Source of the DNA: Candidatus Desulfosporosinus nitrosoreducens
GTDB lineage: Bacteria > Bacillota > Desulfitobacteriia > Desulfitobacteriales > Desulfitobacteriaceae
DNA length: 64,000 nucleotides
NCBI RefSeq assembly: GCF_030954495.1
Contig: NZ_JAVHUW010000082.1
Span: forward strand, 173,108-237,107
Direction of reading: 5' to 3'
Shown: positions 1-9,952 of the stretch, in pieces
Numbering within the stretch: position 1 is the first letter of the stretch
Layout of the letters: each line of letters starts with the position of its first letter
Notes under the pieces: model-generated
Told to the model about the DNA's origin: nothing
The model's input: only the letters and a program-made list of their open reading frames with translations
The model's database searches: none
Position numbers and translations under genes: made by a program

Positions 1-132
1 CGGAGTATTGGAATTAGCTTTCAGGGATTAAGATACTACAAATAGAGGATGCTCTACTGATTTCGTTGGCTATTTCTAGGTTACAAAGTAAGAAATTAAT
101 TACTAAAAATTATAGAGTACGGAGGTTTTACT

Positions 133-1824
133 GTGATCAATCAATTGAAAAAAATCAAGCTTAAAAATTTAGTGACTTCTCTAGCCGTAGCAGCAATCAT
201 ATCCACTCTACTCGTGGGGGCCTTTGGATATTTTAATATGAAAGCTTTAGACAGTCAGATCAATGAAATGTATTCGGAATACCTTATTCCGATTGCTGAC
301 ATTGGAAACATAAGAACGAATTTTTGGCAGATAAAAATTGAATCTCTATCATCAGAAATCTCCAAATCCAATGACTTGGCGGCCAAAATTAAACCTTATA
401 GAGATAACATTAATAAATATCTCGCGGATTTTGCCAAAACCAAAATGGATGAACGGGAAACTAAGGATTTCAATGATGTTACAACAGCCTTAAATTACTT
501 TTCAAATAATATCTGGGATAATGCCGACACTAATAATTTAACCTTAGACATGACTAAAATAACAGAGCAAGAAAACAAAATCGAAACGAGTTTGTCAGAT
601 TTGCAAACTTATGAAGAACAGCTTGCCTTAAACGATAAGGAAATATGTGCTACCGCCAATAGCGCCAGTGAAAAACTTCTATTAATTATCTTTGTTTTAG
701 CACTAGCCATATTTACCGTAATTGCCTACATAATCATTTTAGTTATTAATAAATCTTCGAAGGAAATAATAACGAACTTACAGCAGATTGCCGCAGGCGA
801 CTTGACTGTAAAATTAACTTCCAACGATAAGAATGAGTTTGGCTTAATGAATTCGTCTTTGGAAAAAACGATCCTAAATGTATCAGATATGATCAAAAGC
901 GTAAAAGATGCTGCGAATAGCGTAAACGCACAAACAAAGAATTTGCTGGCTGTGTCAGAAGAAGTGGCGACCTCTTCAGAAAATGTCACCTTATCTGTTA
1001 GGGAAGTTACAAAATCAAATGAATCTCAGTCGGAAGAACTCATTGAGATTAGTTCTAAACTCCAAGAGTTTGCCAAACGGCTGCAAACTATAGTAAAGGC
1101 TATAAAAGCCATCGATCTTAATTCCCAAACTATCAATAGCATGGCTAATCAAAGTGACGTAAAGTTAGAGTTTTTAATTGCATCCCTAACTGAGTTGATT
1201 AATTCATTCCGGGCATTTACAGGAAAGATGAATACCTTAGGTGTTAAATTAAGAAAGATTAATGACATTACAAATTATATTAATAGTATTTCAGAACAAA
1301 CAAACCTACTCGCTTTAAATGCAGCCATCGAAGCAGCAAGAGCCGGCGCGCAAGGTAAAGGTTTTTCAGTTGTGGCTGAGGAGATAAGAAAATTAGCAGA
1401 GCAAAGCAAGGAAGCAACCAATAACATAACTGGTCTAACTTCAGATATTGAAAATGATACTTCTGAAATAATTACTATGACGAACACAATGAATCATAAA
1501 TTAGTTGAACAATCAAATGAAATGGCAACATCCTTAGATTCCTTTAAACAGATTATTACGGCTGTGGAACTGATTATACCGGAAATTAACGGGGTAACCA
1601 TGTCAGTTTCAGATTTAGATGAAGAAAAGGAGAAAATAACCGAGAAAGTAAGCAATACAGCTGTGCTGGCAGAGGAAGTTAGCGCTGCGTCAGAAGAGAT
1701 AGCAGCTACTTCTGAAGTACTAAGCACTTCCACAAACGAAGTAGCAAATTCCGCATCTATTCTAAATAGATCCACAGAAGAAATGATGTCATCTGTAAAT
1801 AGGTTTAGACTAATGGAGTCATAG
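133..1824 (+). CDS. methyl-accepting chemotaxis protein (N-terminal TM/sensor, HAMP, MCP signalling domain)
   Basis: 563-aa ORF starting at GTG. Carries the conserved MCP signalling motif [34 protein letters not shown], an internal TM segment, and a methylation-helix-rich C-terminus. Confidence 0.85.
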   Translation: MINQLKKIKLKNLVTSLAVAAIISTLLVGAFGYFNMKALDSQINEMYSEYLIPIADIGNIRTNFWQIKIESLSSEISKSNDLAAKIKPYRDNINKYLADFAKTKMDERETKDFNDVTTALNYFSNNIWDNADTNNLTLDMTKITEQENKIETSLSDLQTYEEQLALNDKEICATANSASEKLLLIIFVLALAIFTVIAYIIILVINKSSKEIITNLQQIAAGDLTVKLTSNDKNEFGLMNSSLEKTILNVSDMIKSVKDAANSVNAQTKNLLAVSEEVATSSENVTLSVREVTKSNESQSEELIEISSKLQEFAKRLQTIVKAIKAIDLNSQTINSMANQSDVKLEFLIASLTELINSFRAFTGKMNTLGVKLRKINDITNYINSISEQTNLLALNAAIEAARAGAQGKGFSVVAEEIRKLAEQSKEATNNITGLTSDIENDTSEIITMTNTMNHKLVEQSNEMATSLDSFKQIITAVELIIPEINGVTMSVSDLDEEKEKITEKVSNTAVLAEEVSAASEEIAATSEVLSTSTNEVANSASILNRSTEEMMSSVNRFRLMES

Positions 1825-2089
1825 GGTAAAGCAACGAGTCGTCACAATCCCCGGTTGAAAAGTATCCTGAGCTGAAAATAGTGACCTTAAAATAAAGGAA
1901 TAGTAGTTAGGGTCTTTTAATTCTACCGGAGTGTTTTTGAGCAAGAGTTGATAAAATTATCACTAAATCTTTAGATATTACTCAGATGATTTTCAAAATT
2001 TATTAAGAACTTTATGCTAAAATTTAAATATTCTCTTAAAAGTGCAGGAAAAAATCATTTTTGCTTAGCGGATACGTACAGAAAATGAG

Positions 2090-2320
2090 GTGATGACTAT
2101 GATAGATTATAAAAACACTTGTCCCTTATGCGGAGATATCTTGATTTACGACGGGGGCTACGTCCAATGCCAGGACCCTGCGTGCGGATGGAATAAACCA
2201 ATTTATTTAGACATTTCCGGGCCCAATACTAACAAAGATGTTATCCGAGGCAAAGTAGATAGAGAATATTCCCTGATTTATAAAGGGGAATTTCCCCAAA
2301 CAATATCTGGTTATTTTTAA
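2090..2320 (+). CDS. small hypothetical protein with Cys-rich zinc-ribbon-like motif (CPLCG...C..PACGW)
   Basis: 76-aa ORF containing four Cys arranged as CxxC...CxxxxC. No recognisable family. Confidence 0.35.
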   Translation: MMTMIDYKNTCPLCGDILIYDGGYVQCQDPACGWNKPIYLDISGPNTNKDVIRGKVDREYSLIYKGEFPQTISGYF

Positions 2321-2377
2321 TATTTTGCCCCTGCTTCAGTCTTTTGTACAGCGCCGATTCGGGAAAGAGGGTAATAG

Positions 2378-2772
2378 ATGTATACCTACATCGCCCTCTT
2401 GCGCGGCATCAATGTGGGCGGGAACAACAAGGCAGACATGAAGCAACTCGCCATTTTCGTCATCTCGCTGCTACGGCAGCGGGCGTGTGCACAGAGGTCG
2501 GTGAAATCAAGCCCGAGTATGAAAAATGCGCCTACTGGGGCAAACTCATCTTTTGGTCTGCCCCGATGAAGACCTTTTTACGGATGCGTTGGGCCACAAT
2601 GTCCAAGCAGGCAATCTATCAGAAGATTACCATACGCAACTTCACTACGGAGTTCAAGCTGGCGGAATTGGGGAAAGTGAGCAAGGAGAAAAGTGATGCC
2701 TGGAGAGATAAGTGTGAATGGCAGGCCTGTTCCAAATTCGAATGCGCATTCGAATTTGGAACAGGTTTTTAG
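2378..2772 (+). pseudogene. DUF1697-family protein remnant, frameshifted
   Basis: The N-terminus MYTYIALLRGINVGGNNKADMKQL matches the DUF1697 start. The C-terminal portion (ITIRNFTT..KLAEL) continues in a second frame (ORF 2344..2772). Local GC is much higher than the surroundings. Confidence 0.5.
2729..2768. terminator. perfect 20-bp-arm palindrome followed by a T-run; rho-independent terminator; shares its core with the hairpin at 23384
   Basis: cctgttccaaattcgaatgc|gcattcgaatttggaacagg, then ttttt. Confidence 0.6.
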
Positions 2773-2890
2773 TTTTACTTGAAAATGAACTCTATAGAAC
2801 CGCAACCGATGCCTTCCCATTAGTTGCTTGGGATTCCAGTCTTAGCTACTGCGGACATACCCGCTCTCGTTTCACACTGTTTTGATTCTG

Positions 2891-3448
2891 CTACATGTCC
2901 TGCCGCTTTAAGATCATTTTCTTTAAGGCTTGTATTTGTGCTTCATTAACAAGTGGCAGCTGCATTTTCAGCCTTGATTTTTGGTCTGCCGTAAGATTGT
3001 CGTGAAAAGCTTTCAACTTTTCGACCAACTCCGGTGTTAGATAATTATTTTCATTCATTCGGATCAACTCCAATATTTTTAGTAATTGGTCTGCACTGAT
3101 ATCATTGTTCAATGACAGCAGCGCTTGGATCTGCTCAAGCTCATGGCGTAGCTTTTCCTTTAACTTTATCTGCTCGTTTATGATTTCAAGCTGAGCTTGA
3201 ACTACGAGCATTGGATTATAGCTCGGATCTTCAATGAAGTCATGGATATCCTCTAATGAAAGCCCCAGTTGCTTGAGAGACAATATCTGCTGAAGTTTTG
3301 ATAAATCAGACTTTGTGTAAAGTCTATGCCCGGCTTCGGTATATTCAGAGGGCACTAGCAGACCTATTTGGTGATAATGGTGCAGTGTTCTTACTGTAAT
3401 TCCACACTGGCTTGCAAGCTCACCAATTTTCCAAGTGGTCTTTGACAT
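2891..3448 (-). CDS. MerR-family transcriptional regulator
   Basis: The N-terminal HTH WKIGELASQCGITVRTLHHYHQIGLL is a typical MerR motif, followed by a long coiled-coil. Confidence 0.85.
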   Translation of the reverse strand: MSKTTWKIGELASQCGITVRTLHHYHQIGLLVPSEYTEAGHRLYTKSDLSKLQQILSLKQLGLSLEDIHDFIEDPSYNPMLVVQAQLEIINEQIKLKEKLRHELEQIQALLSLNNDISADQLLKILELIRMNENNYLTPELVEKLKAFHDNLTADQKSRLKMQLPLVNEAQIQALKKMILKRQDM

Positions 3449-3490
3449 CCTTTCACCTCGTTTAATACGTTTTATTTGTCGACATGTAAA

Positions 3491-3521
3491 TTGTACAACC
3501 TGACGTTACGTCAGTTACAAT
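3491..3521. promoter_or_regulatory. MerR-type promoter: TTGTAC-N19-TACAAT with a palindromic 19-bp spacer. The same arrangement reads on both strands, giving a divergent, overlapping promoter pair.
   Basis: ttgtac aacctgacgttacgtcagt tacaat. The spacer contains the near-perfect palindrome ctgacgTtacgtcag. The reverse complement reads TTGTAA-N19-TACAAT. A 19-bp spacer is the hallmark of MerR-regulated promoters. It lies 40 nt upstream of the merR start. Confidence 0.6.
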
Positions 3522-3999
3522 AGGTTTTAATTAATTTATGCCCTTTTTTAGGGACTCAAATTAAAGATAAAGGGATGAAAGAGCCTTTATGTCGCGGCTG
3601 ATATTATTGACCCAGGTAATCCACTTATAAAAACAGCATACTATCAATTGAAAGTAATCCTGGAGAAAAATTAGATGATGCTAAATCCCGGCGCTCTTTT
3701 TGCATTCTTATTGCAGGAAATAAAGGATAGAAGTGGAATTAGTAAGATATATTGAGATGCCAATGTTACTGCCACGCCGGGAGAGCTGGGGGGCTTGAAA
3801 TGCTTCAGAGTTTTGGGGAGGGAATTCCTTACAGTGATTACCCAAACTGAATTGTTTAATATCATAATTAAAGGTCGGAATGAATGTTATGTTAAGAAAA
3901 GTTCTACTTACTAACCCGTATGTACCAGGCGATACTTACGACTGGCATTTTGAACTTTAGATGCAATTAAAGAAAAGTTATAGAGGGAAGTGTTGAGAA

Positions 4000-4524
4000 A
4001 TGGATAATCTCAGGTATCCTATCGGTCAATTTAAAATGTCAGAAGATGTTAGTCTGGATCAGGTTGAAAAGCTGATTGCTCAAATTGAGGCTGTGCCACA
4101 GTTACTTGTTGATTCCGTTAAAGATTTAAAAGAGGAACAACTGAATTCTTCATACAGACCGGGGGGATGGACGATTCGGCAAGTTGTTCATCATATAGCA
4201 GATAGTCATATGAATGGTTATATTAGATTCAAACTCGCTTTGACTGAGGATACTCCTATAATAAAGTCGTATAACGAAGCTTTATGGGCAGAGCTTGAAG
4301 ACGCTCGAACCTTACCGGTCGAGGTTTCTCTGAATCTTGTCGAAACCCTACATAAAAGATGGGCTGTTTTACTGAGGTCATTGTCAAGCACTGAACTTAA
4401 TCGTCAATTTCGCCATCCAGAGGATGGAGATTTAAATATTAAAAAGGCAATTGGGTTATATGCTTGGCATGGAAATCATCACTTAGCACATATTACGAAT
4501 TATAGAAAAAGTATAGGCATTTAG
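4000..4524 (+). CDS. DinB/YfiT-like putative metal-dependent hydrolase (DinB_2 family)
   Basis: Contains the His-triad-like motifs HHIADSHMNGY and WHGNHHLAHI typical of the YfiT/DinB_2 family. Confidence 0.7.
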   Translation: MDNLRYPIGQFKMSEDVSLDQVEKLIAQIEAVPQLLVDSVKDLKEEQLNSSYRPGGWTIRQVVHHIADSHMNGYIRFKLALTEDTPIIKSYNEALWAELEDARTLPVEVSLNLVETLHKRWAVLLRSLSSTELNRQFRHPEDGDLNIKKAIGLYAWHGNHHLAHITNYRKSIGI

Positions 4525-4735
4525 TCTTTACGCGCCCGGTTAGTTCAACATCATTTCCGGCACATCCGTAGATACCAATTCACCCCCGGCTTGCGTGGTG
4601 AGGGAGATTTGGAGAGCGGGTTGAGTGAAAACCCACAAACAATTCAACAAACAGCATAAATCATTAAAAGCCTCTCTCTCATCTTAAAATGAAAGAGGGG
4701 CTTTTATATTTACAGGGTCTATTCTACTTTTAAGG

Positions 4736-5125
4736 CTAATTTTCAGGAGATGTTGAAGTTTTGATCACTGTTCCATTGGAATAATTGATAATGTTTGTTT
4801 TAACTGCCTTTTTTTCTGTGCCATTAAAGGTCTGATATATTGAACCAAAAAGCTGAAGGCCGATTAAGCTGATCTCATTGAGAGGAGCATAATGTTCAGC
4901 GTCTACCTTGACGTTTAATTCCGAGTAATCCTTGTTAAAGGATATATTCTTAAAAACATTTTTATTTTCATCTTTTGCTAAAAACTCAGTGATGCTATCA
5001 TTTATGGATGCTGCCATTTTATCCATCATTTTTGATGTTCGCTTAAGATACGGCAATCTGTAGACAATGCCAATGTTAAAACACGTTCCTCTCTCCCGCA
5101 CATCTTTTAAACTTTTATTCGCCAT
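4736..5125 (-). CDS. hypothetical protein
   Basis: 129-aa ORF in an otherwise empty region. No recognisable motifs. Confidence 0.3.
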   Translation of the reverse strand: MANKSLKDVRERGTCFNIGIVYRLPYLKRTSKMMDKMAASINDSITEFLAKDENKNVFKNISFNKDYSELNVKVDAEHYAPLNEISLIGLQLFGSIYQTFNGTEKKAVKTNIINYSNGTVIKTSTSPEN

Positions 5126-5376
5126 AGTAAGATATTAGGAGAAGGTAGAGCATTGAAAGGATGAAAAGTAAAAAATGCATCCGGAATATGCCCACCATGA
5201 GGATGTATTTATAAAGCTTTGTGGGCGATGATGGGTAATTACAAATAAAACAGTTTCTTTTAAAATCCTTGGCTTATCCATGCTATAGGATATTGCAAGC
5301 TAGCGCCAAGTAACCATTAATACGGGGAACATGGAGACTGTTTGTCTTTTGGCAAAGAATATTTAAAGGAGGCATT

Positions 5377-5790
5377 ATGTATATATACAAATGCACATTA
5401 GATGATACCAGGCAACTCGCTATCCTGAACAAGAAATTGATCGAAGATGAAAAACACGATAATCCCATGAACACAGATGAATTAGCAAAGCGAATGCAAG
5501 AATTCATCAGCGGAGATTATAATGCCTATTTCTATAAAGCAGATAACAATGTGATTGGATATGCTTTAGTACGAATTTCTTCTACTCCTAAGTATTTGAG
5601 ACAATTCTTCATATGTCGTGAATATAGGAGAAAGGGATGCGGAAAGTCCTTTTTTACTGAGCTAATGAAAGAATTAGGTGAAAAGGCTTTGGATATTGAA
5701 GTTCTATCATGGAACAAAACAGGTATCAAATTTTGGGAGAGTATGGGCTTTTTACCGAGAAGCATATATATGCGTTATCATGAAAACTAA
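5377..5790 (+). CDS. GNAT-family N-acetyltransferase
   Basis: Contains the acetyl-CoA-binding motif RRKGCGKSFFTELMKEL (R/Q-x-x-G-x-G/A). Confidence 0.7.
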   Translation: MYIYKCTLDDTRQLAILNKKLIEDEKHDNPMNTDELAKRMQEFISGDYNAYFYKADNNVIGYALVRISSTPKYLRQFFICREYRRKGCGKSFFTELMKELGEKALDIEVLSWNKTGIKFWESMGFLPRSIYMRYHEN

Positions 5791-5945
5791 CGTATTATTA
5801 GGACTTGGTTAATTTGCATCAAGGCCTCACCAGGTTCAAACGGCATCTTTTTTGATCGTTCAAGGCGGGTGGAAACGGTCACGTAAATACTACCCAAAAT
5901 AAAACAGACAGCGAAGATTCAAGTGATATACTTATGGGGATATCA

Positions 5946-5991
5946 ACAAGTCACAGGATCACCCGTTCAACGGGTGGTCCTGTGACTTGTT
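5946..5991. repeat. 46-bp near-perfect palindrome (22-bp arms, one G-U-type mismatch) in a GC-rich intergenic segment
   Basis: acaagtcacaggatcacccgtt|caacgggtggtcctgtgacttgt. No following U-tract. Confidence 0.5.
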
Positions 5992-6245
5992 ATCGCGAGG
6001 ATTGACGACGGAAATATGAAGTAGATCGGGAGGGGCGGGGAGCAGGTAATGGAGATAGGGTGATTTAGGGCCTGTTGACTTAGACCTTTTCAGCAAATTC
6101 GCTTCAGTTGGAATTTGTTACGCTTAGGATTATTTTCGCGATCTTGGGAGGAAATAAAGGAAAGATGTGGAAGGTATATTATTAGTTCGGAAGCCAGCAT
6201 GGCAAAAATTGAATTATCATATAAACAAGATAAGGGAGCTTAAGA

Positions 6246-6782
6246 ATGGGCATTTATATTTCCACCAAAAGACTTAAGATAAGGCAATTCAGTCCGGATG
6301 ATGCAAATCAATTGTATAAAATTTGTAATCAACCATACATTCTTAAATGGATGCCTGACTGGGAAACATCATTAGATGACATTGAACGTTGGATTAGCCA
6401 AAAAGAAAAACGGTATTCCCAGTGGACTAAAGATAACGTAAGAATTATGCTCGCGGTTACACTTGAAAAGGACGGTAAAGTTATAGGGATGGTTGGAATT
6501 GGCAATAAGGTAGAAGTAGACAATGAGGTGGAAATAGCGTACTTCATTTCCGAAGAGTATAGTAATCAAGGATATATGAGTGAAGCCGCAAAAGCTATGA
6601 CAAAATGGGCATTTGATAATGTAAAGCTTGATTATCTGATTGCTATAGTTGAACCGGATAATTCCGCATCACAGAAGGTTGTTGAAAGGTGTGGCTTTAA
6701 TAAAATCAAGGAAAGAATGATCCTCAATTCAGGCGAATCGGAAGAAAAACCTTTTTATTATTACAGGTTATATAATAGCTAG
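6246..6782 (+). CDS. GNAT-family acetyltransferase (RimJ/RimL-like)
   Basis: Contains YSNQGYMSEAAKAMTKWAFDN and the general GNAT fold pattern. Confidence 0.7.
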   Translation: MGIYISTKRLKIRQFSPDDANQLYKICNQPYILKWMPDWETSLDDIERWISQKEKRYSQWTKDNVRIMLAVTLEKDGKVIGMVGIGNKVEVDNEVEIAYFISEEYSNQGYMSEAAKAMTKWAFDNVKLDYLIAIVEPDNSASQKVVERCGFNKIKERMILNSGESEEKPFYYYRLYNS

Positions 6783-7174
6783 TTTATGCTGTTTTGTGCA
6801 GGTGGTTAGGGTTACCAGCACATTACAGGAATGGCTCCTTGAATAGTTAATAATCAAGAGCACCTTGGGCAGAAAAACCTGCTGGAGGACTCCCGGGCCT
6901 TGGAGTAATCCCTATAGATCTGTTTGGAATTTCTGGAAAAATGAACCCCACGGGTGCATAAAGTTGGAGCCAGCTTTTTTGGGGAGCCTCCCACAATGGG
7001 GTGGCTTTTTTTATGTGCCGGACACTGAAGGATAGAGGTTAGTGAAAGCAATAGATGTAATGCTCCAAAACTTGACTTGTATTCTAACATAATATACCAT
7101 TTGTTAAAGATAGTACGTACTTGTTTGACAGTACGTATCGGCAATAAAAATAATGTTTTCAAGGAGTTAGGTTT

Positions 7175-8647
7175 ATGAAGATATATAATGCTTATAGTAG
7201 AGAAAAGGAAGAGTTTGTACCCATTGAAAGTAATAAAGTAAAAATGTACGCTTGCGGTATAACTGTATATGATGATTGCCATATTGGACACGCACGGCAA
7301 GCGATTGTTTTTGATGTAATCAGTCAGTATTTAAGGCATAGAGGATATGATGTAACTTATGTAAGAAATTATACCGATGTAGATGACAAAATTATTGCAA
7401 GGGCTAATTCAGAAGGAATAAATGCATTAACCTATTCACAAAAAAAGATAGAAGAAGCAGAGTTGGATTTATCAACGCTGGGAGTTATTGATGCAGATAT
7501 AAAGCCCAAGGCATCGGATTATATAGAGAAGATTATAGATTTTATTGATGGTTTAATCAAGAAAGGTCATGCCTATGCCACAGAAAGAGGAGATGTTTAT
7601 TTCTCTGTAAGCAGTTTTAAGGAGTATGGGAAATTATCTAACAGGAATACTGAAGAGCTATTAAATGGCGTTAGAAAAGATGTAGAAGAAGGTAAAAAAA
7701 GTCCAATTGACTTTGCACTATGGAAATCTGCTAAAGTTGGAGAAATATATTGGGAAAGTCCATGGGGAAAAGGTAGACCAGGCTGGCATATTGAATGCTC
7801 AACTATGGTAATTGACACATTAGGAGAAAGCATAGATATACATGGTGGTGGCAAGGATTTGATTTTTCCCCATCACGAGAATGAAATTGCTCAAAGTGAA
7901 GCCTTTACAGGGAAACCATATACAAAATATTGGATTCACAATGGCTTGATTACAATTAATGGACAAAAAATGAGCAAATCACTTGGCAATTCAATGACAA
8001 TTAAGCAAGCTCTTGAGAAATATAATGCTGAAGTAATTAGATATGCAATGCTTGAAAAACATTATTCTACCGCTATAGATTTGAATGAAAAAGTATTTTC
8101 ATTAGCTGAAAAGCAACTTTACTACTTTTATAATACTCTGTTAAAAATAAATGAATTCCTGAAAAGCAATGACAATAGTAACGGAAAGGCTATTGAACCT
8201 TCAATTGTTGAAAATATTCAAAAGAGCTTTAATGACTCGATGGATGACGATTTCAATACTACCACAGCTATCTCGGACTTATTCTCTATTTGCAAGTATA
8301 TTAACTCACTAATTATTAACAAGAAATTTGCTAAAGAGGATATTTCTATGACACTATCTCAGATTAAAGACAAGTTAGTTCAAGTATTTTCAGTAATCGG
8401 GTTATTGAACGAGAATCCGCAAGAATTTGTCGATGAACTTAGGAATAAGCATTTAAAGATATTAGGAATTTCTGCAGAGGACATTGAAGATATAATTCTG
8501 CAAAGAGCTAATTCAAAAGCTGATAAAAACTATGAAGTTGCTGATAAATTAAGAAACAATTTATTGGACCAAGGCATTATACTCAATGACAGCAAATATG
8601 GAACAAGCTGGGATATTAAAGAGTTGTATAGTATAGGAAATGAGTAA
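7175..8647 (+). CDS. cysS: cysteine--tRNA ligase
   Basis: Class I aaRS HIGH motif (CHIGHAR) and KMSKS motif (KMSKSLGN). The length and overall sequence are typical of CysRS. Confidence 0.95.
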   Translation: MKIYNAYSREKEEFVPIESNKVKMYACGITVYDDCHIGHARQAIVFDVISQYLRHRGYDVTYVRNYTDVDDKIIARANSEGINALTYSQKKIEEAELDLSTLGVIDADIKPKASDYIEKIIDFIDGLIKKGHAYATERGDVYFSVSSFKEYGKLSNRNTEELLNGVRKDVEEGKKSPIDFALWKSAKVGEIYWESPWGKGRPGWHIECSTMVIDTLGESIDIHGGGKDLIFPHHENEIAQSEAFTGKPYTKYWIHNGLITINGQKMSKSLGNSMTIKQALEKYNAEVIRYAMLEKHYSTAIDLNEKVFSLAEKQLYYFYNTLLKINEFLKSNDNSNGKAIEPSIVENIQKSFNDSMDDDFNTTTAISDLFSICKYINSLIINKKFAKEDISMTLSQIKDKLVQVFSVIGLLNENPQEFVDELRNKHLKILGISAEDIEDIILQRANSKADKNYEVADKLRNNLLDQGIILNDSKYGTSWDIKELYSIGNE

Positions 8648-8759
8648 ATTAGCTCAATAGTATTTTTGTTTAAAAGGGATTTTAAATAGTTTATATAAAT
8701 TATATAAAAGTGACAAAATTAAGCACTTTAAGAATCGTTAATATAATTAAGTAAGATAA

Positions 8760-8843
8760 GTGCTGGCAGGCTCATGAGCAGGACTAAGGCAAAACAAAGT
8801 TTTACCGTTTCGGACTTTAAAAAACAGATGAAGGATGTCTACA
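8760..8843 (+). pseudogene. 84-bp internal fragment of rtcB (encodes ..AGRLMSRTKAKQSFTVSDFKKQMKDVY..), identical to the resident rtcB at 27880-27963
   Basis: Direct comparison with the reverse complement of 27880-27963 gives an exact match. Identity stops abruptly at 8843/8844, where the GC-rich DNA begins. Confidence 0.8.
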
Positions 8844-9254
8844 TCCCGGCGGCTTGGACATCCCGGCGGATTCTGCACGCCGGCGAATAAGGAGCATAGC
8901 GGACGGATAGGCGGTGGACGTGCCAATGCCTATGAGAATTCGCGCTACGGCCAGCATAGTCAAGTCACGTCCAAACCCACCCAACAAACCTCCCCAAAGT
9001 ACCATAAGAATTCCAGCCAGAAATACCCGGCGGGGCCCGAATTCCGCTGAAAGCTTTCCGGCGGTGGGCTGTGCGATCGAGCAGGCCAGATAAAGCGCCG
9101 TCACCAGAATTGTGGTTTGAGCTACTGAAACATGCATATAGGCAGCGATGGGTACGAGCGCAGTGGCAATCATCGAGCTGTTGACGGGATTAAGCGTGGA
9201 CCCCATGTACAGAGGCGCCACGAACCTCCAAGAGAATGGGTTGCCACCTGTCAT
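8817..9254 (-). pseudogene. MFS transporter, N-terminal fragment only (truncated)
   Basis: The first TM helices of an MFS transporter are present (GILMVLWGGLLGGFG, ILIGIGTSTAYP), but the ORF ends after about 145 aa at the island junction. GC-rich. Confidence 0.55.
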
Positions 9255-9261
9255 GATTGGT

Positions 9262-9834
9262 TCACTCCTTGGTCATTGAGTCTAATCCGCCGATCCAATC
9301 GTCGACGGTCAGCACATCCGCCTGACGAGGGAAGACCTTCTCCATGAGCACGCGATGAACTTCAGGATCAGCATCAATGCAGGCGTCCGAAAGCACTTTG
9401 ATTGTAAAATCCTTGTCCGCTGCTTCCCGCAGGGTTGACAACACGACTCCGCTCGTGGCAATGCCGGTGAGAATTAAAGTGTCAATTTGTTTCGCCCGAA
9501 GGATAACTTCCAAATTGCTTCCGGCGAAGGCGCTAACCCGATACTTCGTAACGACCGGTTCACCATTCATTGGTTGTACCGATTCATGGATTTGAGTTAC
9601 ATGATCCGATACTGTCATGCCGCCAAATTGAGCAATTTGCGAGAAAGACTTGTTTTTGGGACTTACCTCCGGGTATCCTTCACTAAAAGCAACCCGTACG
9701 AAGATGACCGGGATGTTGTAGCGCCGCGCTGTTTCCACTGATTTTTGAAACGGGAGCAACAATTCAGGATTGGCTTGAAAACGGGATACGATTCCATTCT
9801 GCATGTCCATGACCAGAAGTGAGGGCTTGCTCAT
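9262..9834 (-). CDS. isochorismatase-family cysteine hydrolase
   Basis: MSKPSLLVMDMQNGIV.. and the catalytic-Cys context (LTGIATSGVV) are typical of isochorismatase-like hydrolases. GC-rich. Confidence 0.75.
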   Translation of the reverse strand: MSKPSLLVMDMQNGIVSRFQANPELLLPFQKSVETARRYNIPVIFVRVAFSEGYPEVSPKNKSFSQIAQFGGMTVSDHVTQIHESVQPMNGEPVVTKYRVSAFAGSNLEVILRAKQIDTLILTGIATSGVVLSTLREAADKDFTIKVLSDACIDADPEVHRVLMEKVFPRQADVLTVDDWIGGLDSMTKE

Positions 9835-9952
9835 ATGTTTTACACTCCTATCGTTTTACTATATAATAAGTGGGGAAGTCTCCACTTATTATAAACGGAG
9901 AAATCTCCACTTGTCAACGAGATTTACAATTTTACTATTGGGAGTGGAAGTC

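Noticed and set aside
726-1775. Antisense ORFs inside large genes (for example 726-989, 1275-1487 and 1494-1775 within the MCP; 56057-56482, 56710-56976, 58987-59262, 59518-59754 and 60628-60837 within thiolase and crotonase genes; 37701-38376 within MCP-2)
   Set aside because: They are low-complexity, Ser/Ala/Pro-rich translations of the opposite strand of well-supported genes. They have no RBS or motif support and are typical six-frame artefacts.
6900-7170. Possible T-box leader upstream of cysS (GGGGTGGC followed by a U-run at 7008-7030)
   Set aside because: The conserved T-box sequence (AGGGUGGNACCGCG) is incomplete, and I could not identify a specifier loop with a Cys codon or the AGAGA/GNUGA stem I elements. 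Only a short hairpin plus T-run is evident. An Infernal scan for RF00230 would settle it.
6854-7300. 148-aa minus-strand ORF overlapping the cysS start and leader
   Set aside because: It overlaps a high-confidence gene start and has no recognisable motifs. Composition suggests a noncoding leader.
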